From Camelus ferus (lineage: Eukaryota): a stretch of 64,000 nucleotides of DNA. The notes beneath the pieces were generated by a model. The model was not told the DNA's origin. It worked only from the letters and a program-made list of their open reading frames with translations, and ran no database searches. The stretch lies in the NCBI RefSeq assembly GCF_009834535.1, contig NC_045696.1, forward strand, positions 121,460,001 to 121,524,000, written 5' to 3'. The translations under genes were made by a program, and so were the position numbers. This document shows, piece after piece, positions 1 through 12,679 of the stretch (its first letter is position 1; the number at the start of each line of letters is the position of its first letter).

Positions 1-368
1 CTCTTGTACCGGAGCGAGACAAAAACATAAACCCTGTGCAAGCCATAACAATGACCACACATCTCCCATCCTGGTTAAAAGGAGCGACTATAGCTTCTTC
101 TGTATCGTTTATAGCTTTAGCCTTGGTCTGTTCTTTCCTAGATCTGATCTTTTGGGATCTCAATCATAAAAATGTCCTGGCTTCCATCCAATCCAGAATA
201 AAGCTGTCCTTCCTTATATTCTCCCAAATCACCTAACAATAGCCCAAATTTGGTAAACTTCCCCAAACTCTCTTACTAAGATGCCTCAGAGTTCCCCAAG
301 GAGAGTGTTCTCCCTTGTGCCAATAAGCAATAAATCCAAGGGGAGGTGTCTTCCTGGTGGCTGGCGGG
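1..368 (+). mobile_element. Ancient LTR remnant, ERVL MER54/MER73/MER74-group-like, cut by the window start
   Basis: The motifs catccaatccaga, cccaaatcacctaaca, ctcttactaagatgcc and gcaataaa...ggtgtcttcctggtgg resemble recalled consensus. The exact family is uncertain. Confidence 0.5.
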
Positions 369-1439
369 TATTATTCCCTGGTATTTATTTGTTCACTAAC
401 ATACAAGCTGACTTCTCCAGAATGCCAGAGTGTACGCTAAGGTATTAAATTCCCTTGATTAAATTGTACAATTCTAGCATATTATTATCATAATTTGTTG
501 TTATTCTCTCCCATCTCAGTTAATTAAAATACTTTAGAAACCCCAGATGAGATGATGATGATGGAATAAATGATTTTAAGGAATTAAAAAAAGAAAGTTG
601 GAGTTTCCAGGTCCTACTTTCCTTATTTAAGAATGGGAAATGGTCTCAGACAATGTAGAGCTCTGTGGAGTGGAGATCACATTTACTCCATAGAAGCATG
701 GATTTTCCTAAGATCCTCAACTCTTCACCATAATTTCTACCAGTTTTCTGTGCACAAAGATTTCTCCATGGAGCTGTCACAATATTTTTCTTCCCACTAA
801 GAATACCAGAGTGCTTTCTCTTCCCAAGTTCTTTTTGTGTTGTATAATGTGACAGGCTATTAAATCAATTTCTGTCTCTTAAAATAAAGCACAGCATCCA
901 GTACAGTGATCATTCAGAATTAAAGAGGACAACCTAGAGAAGTCTGGATTCAGTCTTCAGTTCTAAGACACACACATAACCCACACCTATCTCGTCCAAG
1001 CTCCTACTCTTGCAAACACACACACACACAGTATATTAATAAAAACATGTTAATAATTAGTTAGATTTTCATTATATTAGTATTTATATTATGTCAGTCA
1101 TATTATAATACTAATATAAAGATAATTTTGGAAGGAGAAGGACAGAAGTGTGATTAGAACCACTTAAGTGAGCTCAAGTCACACCAAACGAAAGACATTC
1201 TCTGATGAGGGTAGGAGGGCTGACAAAGCTCTGGGGAGTTTCTTTTTAAGAATTTCCTCCTTCACATCTCATTTTGCTGGCAGGAACATATTGGTATCAT
1301 TGTTCCAGATAGGGAATTGGGTAATTTTGAAAGCTTAATATGTGTGTCTATCCTTTGATCCAACACCTCCTCTAAGGAAACAGTCCTAAGTGTTAACAGG
1401 ATTATATTACATTGATGGCTGGCAGTTGATTCTAAGCGC

Positions 1440-1630
1440 CAGGTACTGCTGTGTGTTAAATCCTCCAAACAACCTCACAATGTGGGTACTTTTATTGTCA
1501 TTACACAGATGAGAAAACGGGGGTAACCGACTTGTGTGAGATCTCAGAGCTGGTAAGTAAGAGAGCTGGGATTTGAGGACAGATCACCTGCGACCTGCGT
1601 CACCTGAAGCAGCCTGTCTCTTACCACTAG
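1440..1630 (-). mobile_element. MIR SINE
   Basis: MIR core: aatcctccaaacaacc...cagatgagaaaac...gagctggtaagtaagagagctgggatttga. Confidence 0.7.
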
Positions 1631-1699
1631 AAGCCTGGGCACGGGGAACCGTGACACGGCCTGCCCTTCCCCCAGCACTGCCATGAGTCACCCAGCTGC

Positions 1700-2612
1700 T
1701 CAGGACCCTGGAATCGGTCTCCATCCCTCTCCTTTTCTCATATGCTACATCCAGTCCACCTGCAAATTTTACAGTCTATTTTTAAATACACCTCATTTCC
1801 AACCACTTTTCATCTTCTCCATGGTTACCTCCTGGTCCAGACTATTACACCTCTCCCTTGGACAGACGCTGGAGTTCCTCAGTCGCCTCGATACCTGCTC
1901 ATGTCTCTGTGCATGGTCTGCTCAGCAAACAGTGTACAGCTCTGTAGTAGGGCACCTGCCTAGCATACCCAAGGTCCTGAGTTCAATCCCCAGTATCTCC
2001 AGTAAAATAAATAAATAAATAAATTACCAAATTACCTCCCCTCCCCCACAGAAAAAACGCAAATCACTTCCCTGCTCCAAGACTTCCGTTCCTCACCACC
2101 CCATCAACGCCACCCCATCACATTGGGATAAGATCCAGAAACTCCCAGGATCCTACCGTGGCCTCCAAGTCCCTAAACACTCTGGCCCCAGCTGCCCCCA
2201 ACATCACTTCCCCTCTCTCCTGCTTCCCAACCCTGCTATTCCCCACCCATCCTGCCTCTGCTCTTCCTTAAATAGGCCGAGCACATCTCTGTCACTCTGC
2301 CCGGCCTGTGCTCACCCTTCGGTCAGACACTCTTCCCTACAACCAGAGGGCCCACTCCCATCTTCACTGGCTCAGTTTCCTGTGCAAGCATTGCTTCCTC
2401 GGAGAAGCCTGCCCCCCAGCAGTCTCCACCATCCCCAGCTTCATTTTCCATCACAGCACTCATCTGACGAGATTATACATTTATTTATTCTCTATGCTCT
2501 TCACCAGCACGGAAGCTGGGGCCATGTATTATGCCCTACTGTATTTCCAGCCCACGGGACAGTGCCCAGCATACAGTAGGAGCTCAATAAATAAGTGTTT
2601 GCTGAATGAATC
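1700..2612 (+). mobile_element. L2 LINE 3' fragment interrupted by a SINE
   Basis: Pyrimidine-rich L2 body ending cagtgcccagcatacagtaggagctcaataaataagtgtttgctgaatgaat, the typical L2 tail. Confidence 0.7.
1931..2057 (+). mobile_element. vic-1-type camelid tRNA-Ala-derived SINE (diverged)
   Basis: Degenerate A box, B box gagttcaatcc, ccccagtatctcc, (AAAT)n and an attacctcccc tail. It aligns by eye with the copies at 48947 and 63068. Confidence 0.85.
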
Positions 2613-2929
2613 AAAAAATGAACTACTTACACACGCACCACTAGTGGGCAGTTGAGTGAATCATGGCTCATCTACAGAATAAACTGGTCTCATGCCAGTA
2701 AAGCATTGTGAAAAATATTTACTAGCACTGGAAAATGTGGTTGGGCAAGTTTCAAGGTAGTAGGCAGGGAGGGGACAAGAGGACCAAGTAGCAAAGAAAT
2801 GGGGACGACTGTGTTCAGGTTCAGGTGGCTCCCACAGCCACGGATGCTCCGGTTTCTAAGAAGACGGGGCCTGGGACAACGAACACCCGTGGGAGAGGAC
2901 CACAGTGCAACCAAAGGAGCCAAAATGTG

Positions 2930-3100
2930 AAGCCAGGGGATTTTAGAGACCAGGTTCCACAAGTATCGACTATGTGGTCTGGGAGATGTTACTGTGACAT
3001 CCCTGAGCCTCAGTTCTCTCACTGGCAAACTGGCAATAAAATAATAGCACTGACTTTAGTAGGCTGTGGTGAGGAATCAATGGAAAAGGCTATGGAAGGG
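2930..3100 (+). mobile_element. MIR SINE
   Basis: ctgagcctcagttctctcactggcaaactggcaataaaataatagca...ggctgtggtgagga. Confidence 0.65.
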
Positions 3101-3499
3101 CCACGCAGACACAAGTTTCTCTTATTTCCTCCTCTTCTTTGTCACATCAATGATGGTCTCATTTACGTGCAATATTCTTAAAAGTGGTGTCTAAGACCAG
3201 GAGGGAGACTTCAGCTTCTGTTTTCTTCCTGCTGTGCTGCGGGAGGCCATGCCTTTCCCACAGTCTACATTCACAGTCAACAGTCTTTCCTCTGACAAGT
3301 TCTAGTTCACATCTTTCAAGCCTCTAAGACAGCACACTGAATGGGACTCGGGATTGTCCATACGCCTACGTTCCTCCTATGCGTCCCTTCAAGGTGATCA
3401 CGGGATCCTGTGAGAAGATGGGCTCCTGAGGTAACTAATGTTCCCAGGTATCGTCCATGGTGTAGCTGGACAGAACACAGCCGACACTCCTCCTATTAA

Positions 3500-3794
3500 G
3501 AGGTAGCTCCAAGTTCTTGCCCTGAGACCACCAGCATGGAAGGCCACATGCAAATGCTCCGGTCGGAAGTCCCAGACTAACATGAGAGGGAAGGGCCTTC
3601 GATGACCTGCCTGCCCCCAGCCTTGAACCCTGCCAGCCCTCAAGGCTCCCCAGAGGCCTGGACACTGTGGGTCAGGGATAAGCCCTCCCCACTATGCCCA
3701 TCTGAGCTCACAGGATCTATGAGTTTAATAAAATGGTTTGTCTTAAGCTGTTAAATTTTAGTGTGATTGTTATGTGGCAGTAATACGTGGAACA
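3500..3794 (+). mobile_element. MaLR LTR (MLT1G/H-like) 3' part
   Basis: aggccacatg...gataagccctcccc...aataaaatggtttgtcttaagctgttaaattttagtgtgattgttatgtggcagtaatacgtggaaca is a MLT1-type terminus. Confidence 0.65.
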
Positions 3795-4589
3795 ATCTGG
3801 AAAGCAAATCTTCAACAGGGGCAGGCTTACACAGGTTCCCCCACCACAAAGTCCAGTTCCTCAGAAGTTGTTCTGAAAAGGCTGGAATTCAAAGCGGATG
3901 TTAAAAAGGTACCACATTTTCTTTCTTCAATACACAACTCCCAAACTGTAATCTTTTAAGGAGAAGGACAGGTCTTCACACTCAAGAAGAAAATTCTCTG
4001 ATAGAGGAAGCTCTTGAAATATCAAGTATTTGAAGAAAGACTAGCCAAGATAGGGGCTTGAACATTTCTGAGCCTGAATCAAGATAAAATATTTAATTAG
4101 CCTATAAACTGACCCAAAGAACGTCTGGAGCTTCCAGAAAGGAAGAATTTTCCTGTCACTTCTCTTCCAAGACTGCCAAGCAGTGGGGGTGATGCTGGCA
4201 CAGAGGCAGAGATGGAAAGGCGGGGTTATCAGCATGGCCTCTCTGATCTCTGTCCACAGATAAGCAAACACAGGCAAGAGAACGACGTTGCTCCGAGTCT
4301 ATTCATCTTCTTCAAAATGTGGGGAGGGCAGTGAGAGGAAAGGCCGGGATAATTCCCTACCAGAAGAGCCAAAACAGAGCATTCAAAGTGGTTAGTCAGA
4401 GGCGTGGCAGAAACTTAGAGACGGGTTACATTTTTTTTTACTGAAGTTCTCTTATTGTACACAGACGAATGAGACCAAAAGCTCATTGCTGGCATTAAAC
4501 ACATCTCACGTGGGTATTACCTGATAATACTGTCTACATGCTGAGTGCTAACCATGCTAGTTTTGCACAATTATCTCCTTTAAACACAA

Positions 4590-5125
4590 TAACATTTAAT
4601 ATCTACTAAGCACTCACTATGCCCCAGGTACCCTGCTAAGCAATTCTTAGGCATCAATTTCATTTCATCCTTATAATAAACCCAAGGAGCAGGTTTTACT
4701 GTTATGTCCATTTACAGATGGTGAGAACACAGGCCCTGAGAAATTGAGGCATCTGTATGACCCAAGGGGTCCGAGTCCCGAGCCTGCAGCCTCAGCCTCT
4801 TCACTGTCCTGCCAGTCAAGCATCTAATCACCACAACAACCGTTCAGACATGGGGGTGGTAGGAGAGGCTCAGAGATGTCAGGTGGCTTTCCGAGATCCC
4901 ACCGTTAACAAGTGGGGCACCTCATGACTGTCCCAGGCACTCTGCCTGTGCTGACTCCTTTAACCGCATTATCATCCCCATAGGGTAGAGACCCATTTTA
5001 TAGATGAGGAAACTGAGGCACAGAAAGGTCTGGGTAACTTGCCTATTAGCACAGCTAATAACGACTAAGGTAGGACTTCAGCCCAGGCAGTCGGGCCCTG
5101 CAGCCTGAGCTCTGAACCACCTTGC
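4590..5125 (-). mobile_element. Cluster of MIR SINE fragments
   Basis: Several MIR cores, e.g. cccatttttatagatgaggaaactgaggcacagaaagg near 4992-5030 and ccatttacagatggtgagaac near 4708. Confidence 0.75.
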
Positions 5126-5375
5126 TGTGCACCGCAGAGAATCATCGGAAAGTCAGGCTGAACCCCCATAAATCAGGGTTGAGAAGGAGGTTCCAAATCC
5201 TCCCCAAGACAAACTTAATTTCTGACATAAATACATGCAAACAGTTTTAAGTGAATCCTTGCATTTTCTGAGGAGAGGAAAACACGTCCACTTTACAGAC
5301 TCGTGGCCCTGGGTAGTCCACCTCCATGGGTGCAGGAGGCAGGAAAAGCTGAGGTCAGAGCCTAACAGCACTTCT

Positions 5376-5612
5376 TTTTTTTTTTTTTAATTCCATTTAA
5401 ACTTTTTTCCCCCTTAATTTTTTATTGAAGTGTAGTTGATTTGCAATGTTAGTTTCAGGGGCACAGCAAAGTGATTCCATTATACATATACAAACATATA
5501 TGTTTCTTTTCAGATTCTTTTCCATTACATGTTATTACAAGAGATTGAATATAGCTCCCTGCGCGCCACAGTAGGTCCTTGCTGTTTATCCATTTTGTAT
5601 ACAGTACTGTGA
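5376..5612 (-). mobile_element. Short L1 3'-end insertion (cetartiodactyl type) inside a MIR
   Basis: Poly-T followed by tttattgaagtgtagttgattt. Candidate TSD taacagcacttct (5363-5375) / taataccacttct (5613-5625), 11/13 identical. Confidence 0.85.
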
Positions 5613-5625
5613 TAATACCACTTCT

Positions 5626-6010
5626 CACTAGTCTTCTGACCTTGGACATGTACTTTTCCTAGGTGAGTGCTAGTTTTCTCACCTGCAAAATGGGTGACTA
5701 CAGTCCTCCCCCCCAACAGTGTCGTGAGACTCCTGCGGACATGCATGTGAACACCCAGCACAGAGTACATAGCAGGCGCTCAGAGAAGGTTCTCATTATT
5801 CTCGGAGGATCAGAGAAGCAGTCTGGAGTCAGACACTCAGGGTTCAGTCTGTCATCGCTCCCCCACTTAACTCCTTATGCGATCCTTGAACAAACTGCTT
5901 AATTCTTTCGTGCCTCTCTATAAAATATCTGTGGAGGCCAACCTGCAGGGCTGTCTTGACAATTGCATATGGTGACACATGTAAGTGCTGTGCAGAGTGC
6001 CTGATACATG
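5626..6010 (+). mobile_element. Two MIR SINEs
   Basis: tgaccttggac...agttttctcacctgcaaaatggg, and gtctggagtcagac...tgcgatccttgaacaaactgcttaa...cagagtgcctgatacatggta. Confidence 0.65.
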
Positions 6011-7152
6011 GTATAACTCCTCTTCATATATATTTGAAGTGGCATGATTGATAAACCCCCATTACACTTAATAAATAAGATAACATGGACTAAAATTACA
6101 AAGGAAAGAAAATTTTAAGAGGATGACTGTCAATAGTGACTCTAGATGAACACTGAAAACAGGCACCCAGGAAAGGTGTTGAAAATATCTCTCATCTGAA
6201 ACTCGGCAGGTGGTCTGAGCTGGAGGCAGACGGCTATGTCACAGGTGCCTCTTCAAGTTCTTTCCTGACCCGTATTCCATCTTAACACTCGACACGGGGC
6301 GTGAGGTCCATCACAAAACCCTGTGCTGACCAGCGCTGAGTCTGAATGTCCAATGTGTGTCCTGCCTCTTCTTCAAGATAAGGAGGCAGTGAAGCCCATG
6401 TGAAGGTGCTTCTTCTTGGCAGGAGGTTAGATGTCATCCTACCAGCTGATAAATCACCTTCCAGCTCCCACGAGAATTAGCAGCCCACCCAAAATTTCAG
6501 TTCAGATTGGTTTTTGTTCTCCTTGGCAGCCCCAAATTTCCCATCTTGTGCAATTCTGCTCTCAGACATTGTAACATGGACAAAGGGGAGACTTCAGTGA
6601 TAAGAAAGCTACTGAGTCACACAGACCACAACCCAATAATCTTGTTCCCCCTCAGTCAAGCACATCATTCACGGAGTGAGCACCACAGCCCCACAGTCTC
6701 CAGTTACAGGGATGTGACCTCCAGCAGCAGGAAGGGAATATTTTCTGGTTCTAATATTTCATTTTGTTTTCTATTCAGTGCTCAGGGTAAGATCTTTAAT
6801 ATCACCAAAATTAACTTTTTTTTTTAAGAAAAGAAATTATTCTTATTAAGGACGTGTTAAGGGGGAGGTAGAAAGCAACATCAAAGTTTTCCCAGATGGG
6901 AGTTTGATGTGAAACCACAGTGGAAACTTTGTGAACAACTGAAGAAAACTGTTGTTTTTTATCATCTGTCATGCGAGGTGTTAGCCTCTGGAACACAGCA
7001 AGTCAGCGTGTGAACAGAGAATCTTTTGAGAAAGAAGCCTGTTTCTGACATCCAGAGGGAATGCTTTAACTGACTTTTCATTTTTCAGCTCTTGCCTGTG
7101 TCCACAACTAAGAGGTTAACGACATTTCAAAGACCCAGCCCAGGATGTACAG

Positions 7153-7338
7153 GATTGCGGTGGAAACTCAAATACATCTAGGGGCCATACTGAGTCACCC
7201 CAGGGAGTGAAGGAGGCTGACTAAGAGTAAGCACACGGGCTTTGTCAACCAGTACAAAACTTGTTTAAACATCATGAAGGTCAAACTATGTCTGGAGATT
7301 AGATACAGGCCTTTAGCTTCAAATTCGCAGCCTCTGGT
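7153..7338. mobile_element. Possible non-autonomous hAT-Charlie element (MER117-like)
   Basis: gaaactcaaatacatctaggggcca at the left end and gcagcctctg at the right end resemble recalled consensus. Highly diverged. Confidence 0.3.
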
Positions 7339-7359
7339 AAAATAGAGATAACACGGACC

Positions 7360-7540
7360 TTAGAATCAACCTGATTCCGGCTCTACTATTTACTAGTTGC
7401 ATGACCAGGCGATTTATTAATTCTGCCCCAGCCTCAGTTCCCTTACTGGTTTAATAAAGTTTACACTGCAGGGTACTTGTGAGATTAGAAAGAAAATATG
7501 TAAAATGACTAATACAAAGCTGGTATCAATAATTATGGAC
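7360..7540 (+). mobile_element. MIR SINE
   Basis: ggctctactatttactagttgcatgacc...gcctcagttccctta...gtgagattag. Confidence 0.65.
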
Positions 7541-7984
7541 AGCTACTTTATTTTGTTACCACCTAAATGTTCCTCTTGGATGACCATCTGCATAACATTC
7601 TAGCACTTTGGAGCCATGGAAAACTGAGTATCTCAGGTACAGGTGAAACTGCTCTTTTGGGCTCCATCCTCCTGGCTCCATACACAAACTAGTACCACCC
7701 CACTACTGTCACTACCATTAAAGACACCTGTTCCAAGAACTCCTCCACAAGCCCTCCAGCCAAGAAGGAACTGCTGAAAAACGTTCAGAGCCCACTGATT
7801 TGGGAGTGGGCAAGCCCACCCCATCCCAGACCCAGTTCTCCTCTGTGCTGCCAATTAGGATGCCAGGCATATGGCGCCTGGGGAGGGGGTGGGGAGAGAA
7901 GATGGGAAGTAATGGACGATGGAGGGGTGATGGACGCTTGGTTCCACCCCATCTAAATGTGGTTTTGGAACCCCTGAAGTGGCC

Positions 7985-8505
7985 TGTTATTCAGTCCAGA
8001 CTTGCTCTGCTTACTGCACAACAGGCCAATAAATCGGGAGATGAAGTGTTGGGGCAAGGAAGAGCGACTTTATTCAGAAAGCCAGCAGACTGAGAAGATA
8101 GCAGACTAATGTCTTAGAGAACCATCTTATTCAAGTCAGCATACCGGCTCCTTTTATACTAAAAAGGGGAGGGGGTGTGGTTGGGTGTTGCAAACTTCTT
8201 GGTGTAGGAATCTTTGTTCTTGCAGCCGTCCACGTGGGTCAGGTCATGGTGCCCCTGTAAAACCTCCAACAAAACAAATGTTATTTTCTATCCTGCAACT
8301 TGTTATCTTTATGTAAGTGCAAAAGTGTTCATATCCTTAAAGGTCAGAGCCCAGAGAATAGGCTCTCCTGTCCATTTCAGGCCAAAGGCAACATTGTTTT
8401 ACAAAAGGTGTAGAGCCGGCAAGACTACGCCTAGAAAACAGGGCACAGGGTTAGAGCCAAAGAAACAGATCTGATACGGAGTCAGATTTGTTCTTTTCTG
8501 TTACA
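7985..8505 (-). mobile_element. ERV1 solo LTR, MER34/MER39-like
   Basis: 521 bp with TGTAACA...ATAACA termini on the minus strand, TATAAAA (8158-8152) and AATAAA (8074-8069). The 3' end AATAAAGTCGCTCTTCCTTGCCCCAACAC...GATTTATTGGCCTGT is typical of MER34/39. The flanks ggcc/gcct form an imperfect 4-bp TSD. Confidence 0.85.
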
Positions 8506-9758
8506 GCCTACCCACCACACCTGCCAGGGAAGTAAAGATTAAGTTAGTACCTGGTTTTCAGCCCTGTTTCTCCAGTTCACGTGACTGTCTGGGGCTTCAG
8601 CCTCTGTCTCTAAGATGGGGTGAGTTCTACTGGACTCTGAGGTCTCTGAGGACATAAATTATGTATTTTTCATAGTTCTCAGTACATCTAGGGTTAATTG
8701 CAACATCTGCACCACCTTTTTACAGGGCTACTATGAGAAATAAATGAAATAATGTAAGTAGATGGGCTTTGTGAATGCAAAGTGTTATACAGATATATTA
8801 TTATTATAAACAATAACCTCGCATTAATGCCCACTGATAATTGACATGTAGACATAGCCACACTAATTATTACTAACAGTTGTTATTACCAACAATACAC
8901 CAAAGCACTGATTCATCATGTTTTCATATGGAATAGATGCAAGGGAATTTGTCCCCAGAATTACACAGAACTTCCTAGGGAGGAACTCAATAACTATGTA
9001 TTAAAATTAAATGGAAAAATGGAATTAAAGGTGACTGAGGAACATTCTAGTCGTGGGGGGAAATCACTTGCCTTTTTCCAGTGAGGACAAGTACTCCGCC
9101 ATTTATAAGATCTCTGCCAAGAGCCACTGTATGACGAGCTTACTCTGCTTCATAAAGAATATCTGCGAACCCAGGGCACAGAGCATGTGCTCCAGGAAAC
9201 TGAACAGGAGTCTTCAGTTCACAAGGGCTCTTGTCTTTTGGATCCCTGACAAGTGTTCATTTATTCCACTTGGGTGTCCCGTGTAGTTCCCAGGAGTTAG
9301 TGAACACTCGTACTCACTGCAGGGCAGGGGGAAATTGTTTCCACTCTTCGTTGGAGGATGAAGTGTGTTCACATTCAACTGCACCGTTTACTGTCACCAT
9401 TATATGGCCAGGAGGGTACAGGAGGTAGTTTTTAAAATGGGTATGAAGTAAACGAAGGAAGTTAAATGGTAGGTCTGAAACTCTGACTGCAAAATGCATT
9501 TCCAAGCTATGTGTTTCCCTTCCCATCTTTCTAACAATTACAACTGTGGCCGTTAAAGATTTACCAAAAGTTTGACCCAAGAAAACACTATCTCATCTTT
9601 ATAGTCTAAGAGGAAACAAAAAGCATCCTCTCCATCTCCTCAATCCTCAGACACAACCCTCAAGCCCTGCTGGTCTCCAAGAGCAACAATCTGTTCTGCA
9701 GATCAGAACAACTGATTTCCAATATTCCCAAGACACAGATTTATCCTCACTGACTCTT

Positions 9759-10216
9759 TTTTATTGAAGTATAGTTGATTTACAGTATATTAGTTTCAAG
9801 TGTACAGTGTAGTGATTCAGCATTTTCATAGATCATACTCTGTTTAAAATTATTACAAAATAATGGCTATATTTTCCTGTGCTGTATAATATACCCTTAA
9901 CAGATAAAAAGATATGATACACACACATATACACACATACACAAAGAAATATTACTCAGCCATAAAAAAGAATGAAATTCTGCCATTTACAACAATGGGG
10001 ACAGACCTAAAGAGTATTTTGCTTAGTGGAAGAAGTCAGAGAAAGAAAAATACTGTATGCTATAACTCATATGTGGAATCTGAAAAATAAAAAACAAAAG
10101 AATGTATATAGCAAAACAGCAGCAGATTTACAGATAGAACAAACGAGTGGTCCCCAGTGGCGGGGGCGGGGGGGGCCAAGGTAGGTGAGGGATGAAGAGA
10201 CACAAACTACTATGTA
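9759..10216 (-). mobile_element. L1 3' fragment with 5' inversion
   Basis: 9759-9897 is the L1 terminus on the minus strand. About 9898-10216 is the immediately upstream 3'UTR on the plus strand. Degenerate TSD at 9744-9758 / 10217-10231. Confidence 0.85.
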
Positions 10217-10659
10217 TTCTTATTGATCCTTCATACCATTAACAGCACAGAAGGTCAGATTGCAGGTTCTTTTGAGTCCAACCATCAGGCTTACATTTCT
10301 AGGATGCACTTTAGAAGAACAAAGATTCTGTTTCATCGCTAACAGTCTACACAGCCAACTAAAGAGCAAGCAGCTCCCCTCCATCTGGGAAGCCATCTGA
10401 AGGTAGTTGCAATGTAACGATTCCAGTAGCAACCTGAGCTGTAAACTAGGGCACAACAGGGCCTTCTCCCTGCTGGAAAAAAAGGGCAGGCCAGCCTTCA
10501 CAAGTAATAAAAAAGAAATGTCCAATCTCCAGATACGTCTTCCCCAAAAGAATTTGAGCTGTCAAAATTAAAAGCCTGTGGTAGTAACATTTGTACCAAC
10601 TCCCCTTCCTCTTCTTCCCAACCCAGTCAAATTCTTTAGCATGCCAAAGATACTCTGAA

Positions 10660-10842
10660 ACCACACTAGCCATTTACATTTACCATTAAATGAATTAAAA
10701 TTAAACAATTAAAAAGTTCAGTGTCTCAGTTACGCAGCCCACTTACACAGCTCAGGAGTCACCTGTGGCCGGTGACACCTGCCTGGGCAGCACAAGTGGA
10801 GAGCATCCCCATCACTGCAGGGATGTCTGCTGGACCAAGCTG
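10660..10842 (-). mobile_element. MER3 (hAT-Charlie) DNA transposon
   Basis: aattaaaattaaacaattaaaaagttcagtgtctcagtt...cacctgtggccggtgac...catccccatcactgcag matches the reverse of MER3. Confidence 0.75.
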
Positions 10843-11569
10843 ACCTCCACAGCACCTCTTCTGCCAAACTCTAAAACCCTCTCTCAAAGATAAGCTCGCC
10901 TTGGATTTCTCGCTTACCCTGACACCACCAACAATCTCTTCATGATGCAAATCAGGTTAGCCTCTCAGGTTTTTCTTTCATCTTCACTTACTCAATTACA
11001 AGATTCCCCACAACAGAGACACCCAGGAACTGATTCGGCCAGCACGAATCCTCTTCGGCAAGGTTCTCCTCCAGTTCTGTAATTCTGTACCCAGAAATTT
11101 CTCTGTAAACTCAGACACGTTCTAAGGGACAGATCCAGGAAAACACGCATCAGTTATGCCCCAAGGCAACGTCCGTGTCTGCCAGCCTTCACTAGACACA
11201 GACAGTCGTGGGCATGTGGTTCAAACAGACTGTCAGGTGCCTCTTAGTTCTAGCAGAGGGCCAGTCACTGAACCTGCACCAGGAAGTTCGTGTCAGCAAT
11301 AAACCAATGTGCACGACTGCTGATTGAGTGCATGATTCTCCCAGTCACTGTGAGTGGTCAGAGGTCTGTGTGCTAGTCACTCGCCTTTTCGCTTTCAAGT
11401 GTGTTCCAGACCCTTCCCTGCAACCTGGCCAACTGGCTTCCATCCAGGTTTGCTCACTGATGGGCCTGGATGGGGGCCTGAGATGCCATCCCTCCTCATC
11501 ACCCATTCAGGCAACGTTTTCCGCACCTCCTCTGCCTGGATGGGATATTATGCAGCTTTAAAAACTATA

Positions 11570-11835
11570 ATTATGACTATTACAGCAATATGGAAAAAAA
11601 CATATACTACTAGGTAATAAAACCAGGAAAAAAATTTACATGTATGATAAGTATCATGGAAGAATATGAATGCCAGAAGGAAAAGACTGTAAAGAAATAT
11701 ATACAAGTAACAAATAAATTATGCAAAGGGAGTATTTATATAAGATGAATTAGGTAAAAGGGAGGAACTCTTTTCCTCTAATTTTCCAAGAGTGTCTTCT
11801 TCCTAATGTAGATTTTCTAAAAATAAAAAATAAAA
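11570..11835 (+). mobile_element. Old L1 (L1ME-like) 3'UTR remnant
   Basis: AT-rich gaaaagactgtaaagaaatatatacaag... motif ending in an A-rich tail. Strongly diverged. Confidence 0.45.
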
Positions 11836-11855
11836 GACAATAAAGCTCACCAACA

Positions 11856-11955
11856 AATATTTAAAAGAAAAAAATATTTAAAAGAATATTTAAAAGAAAA
11901 AATATTTAAAAGAATATTTAAAAGAAATTTAAAAGAATATTTAAAAGAAAAAAAA
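11856..11955. repeat. AT-rich minisatellite, 7 copies of AATATTTAAAAG with 0-5 A spacers
   Basis: Units start at 11856, 11873, 11885, 11901, 11913, 11925 (variant AAATTTAAAAG) and 11936. Confidence 0.95.
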
Positions 11956-12679
11956 TTATACATTAAGATGCTGTCACTGCTTCTATATTTCCAGGACAAG
12001 TCCTGGATAAGCCCAAAGTTAAACTGAGAGCCCAGGCTGCCCATTTGTCCTCCAGCCCCAGTGCACGTTACAGTGCCGCCTCACCTGAATTTCATCTGCT
12101 CACCAACGTCTGTCCAACCTCCCTTCCAGAGAAATGGCTCTTATCACTTGTGTGCCAGTAAGGAAACACGCGAGCTGTGAAGTCTTCTAAGCCTTCTCTC
12201 CACTGTGGAGAGGAAGACTTTGCCCCTAGGGGAGCACCTTTCAGCTACTTGCAGACAGATGGGAGAAGCACTCAAGAGTGTCCTCAGGGATCCATACCAG
12301 GTAGGTGTCTACTCTTGTTCTACTCAGCATGGCTTCAAATCCCTCAGCCAAATGCCCCTGAATGTCCAGTTCCCTTAGAGATGATAATACCTGCTTCTTC
12401 TGCTGCACACTCCCCCTTTCCCATTCCCCCATTCACCCCAGACCAGACCCTTAAAAAACATCGCTCCCTCACACCAGGTACCTGCAATCAAAACTAGAAC
12501 AACAACAACAACAATCCCAAAACTTAAAACCAGTCCTCGTCCAATATGTTTCAACTTTTAAATAAGCGAACAAAGCTCAGCTGCAGAATCCCACCTGTAA
12601 GACTGCCACGCAAACCACCAGGACCACAGTCATGGCCACCGTGAGTATAAAACAGCAATGAAGAGCTCAGGCCCTGGGG

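Noticed and set aside
11856..11955. CRISPR-like array
   Set aside because: The units are 12 bp, separated only by A runs with no unique spacers, in a eukaryotic context with no cas genes.
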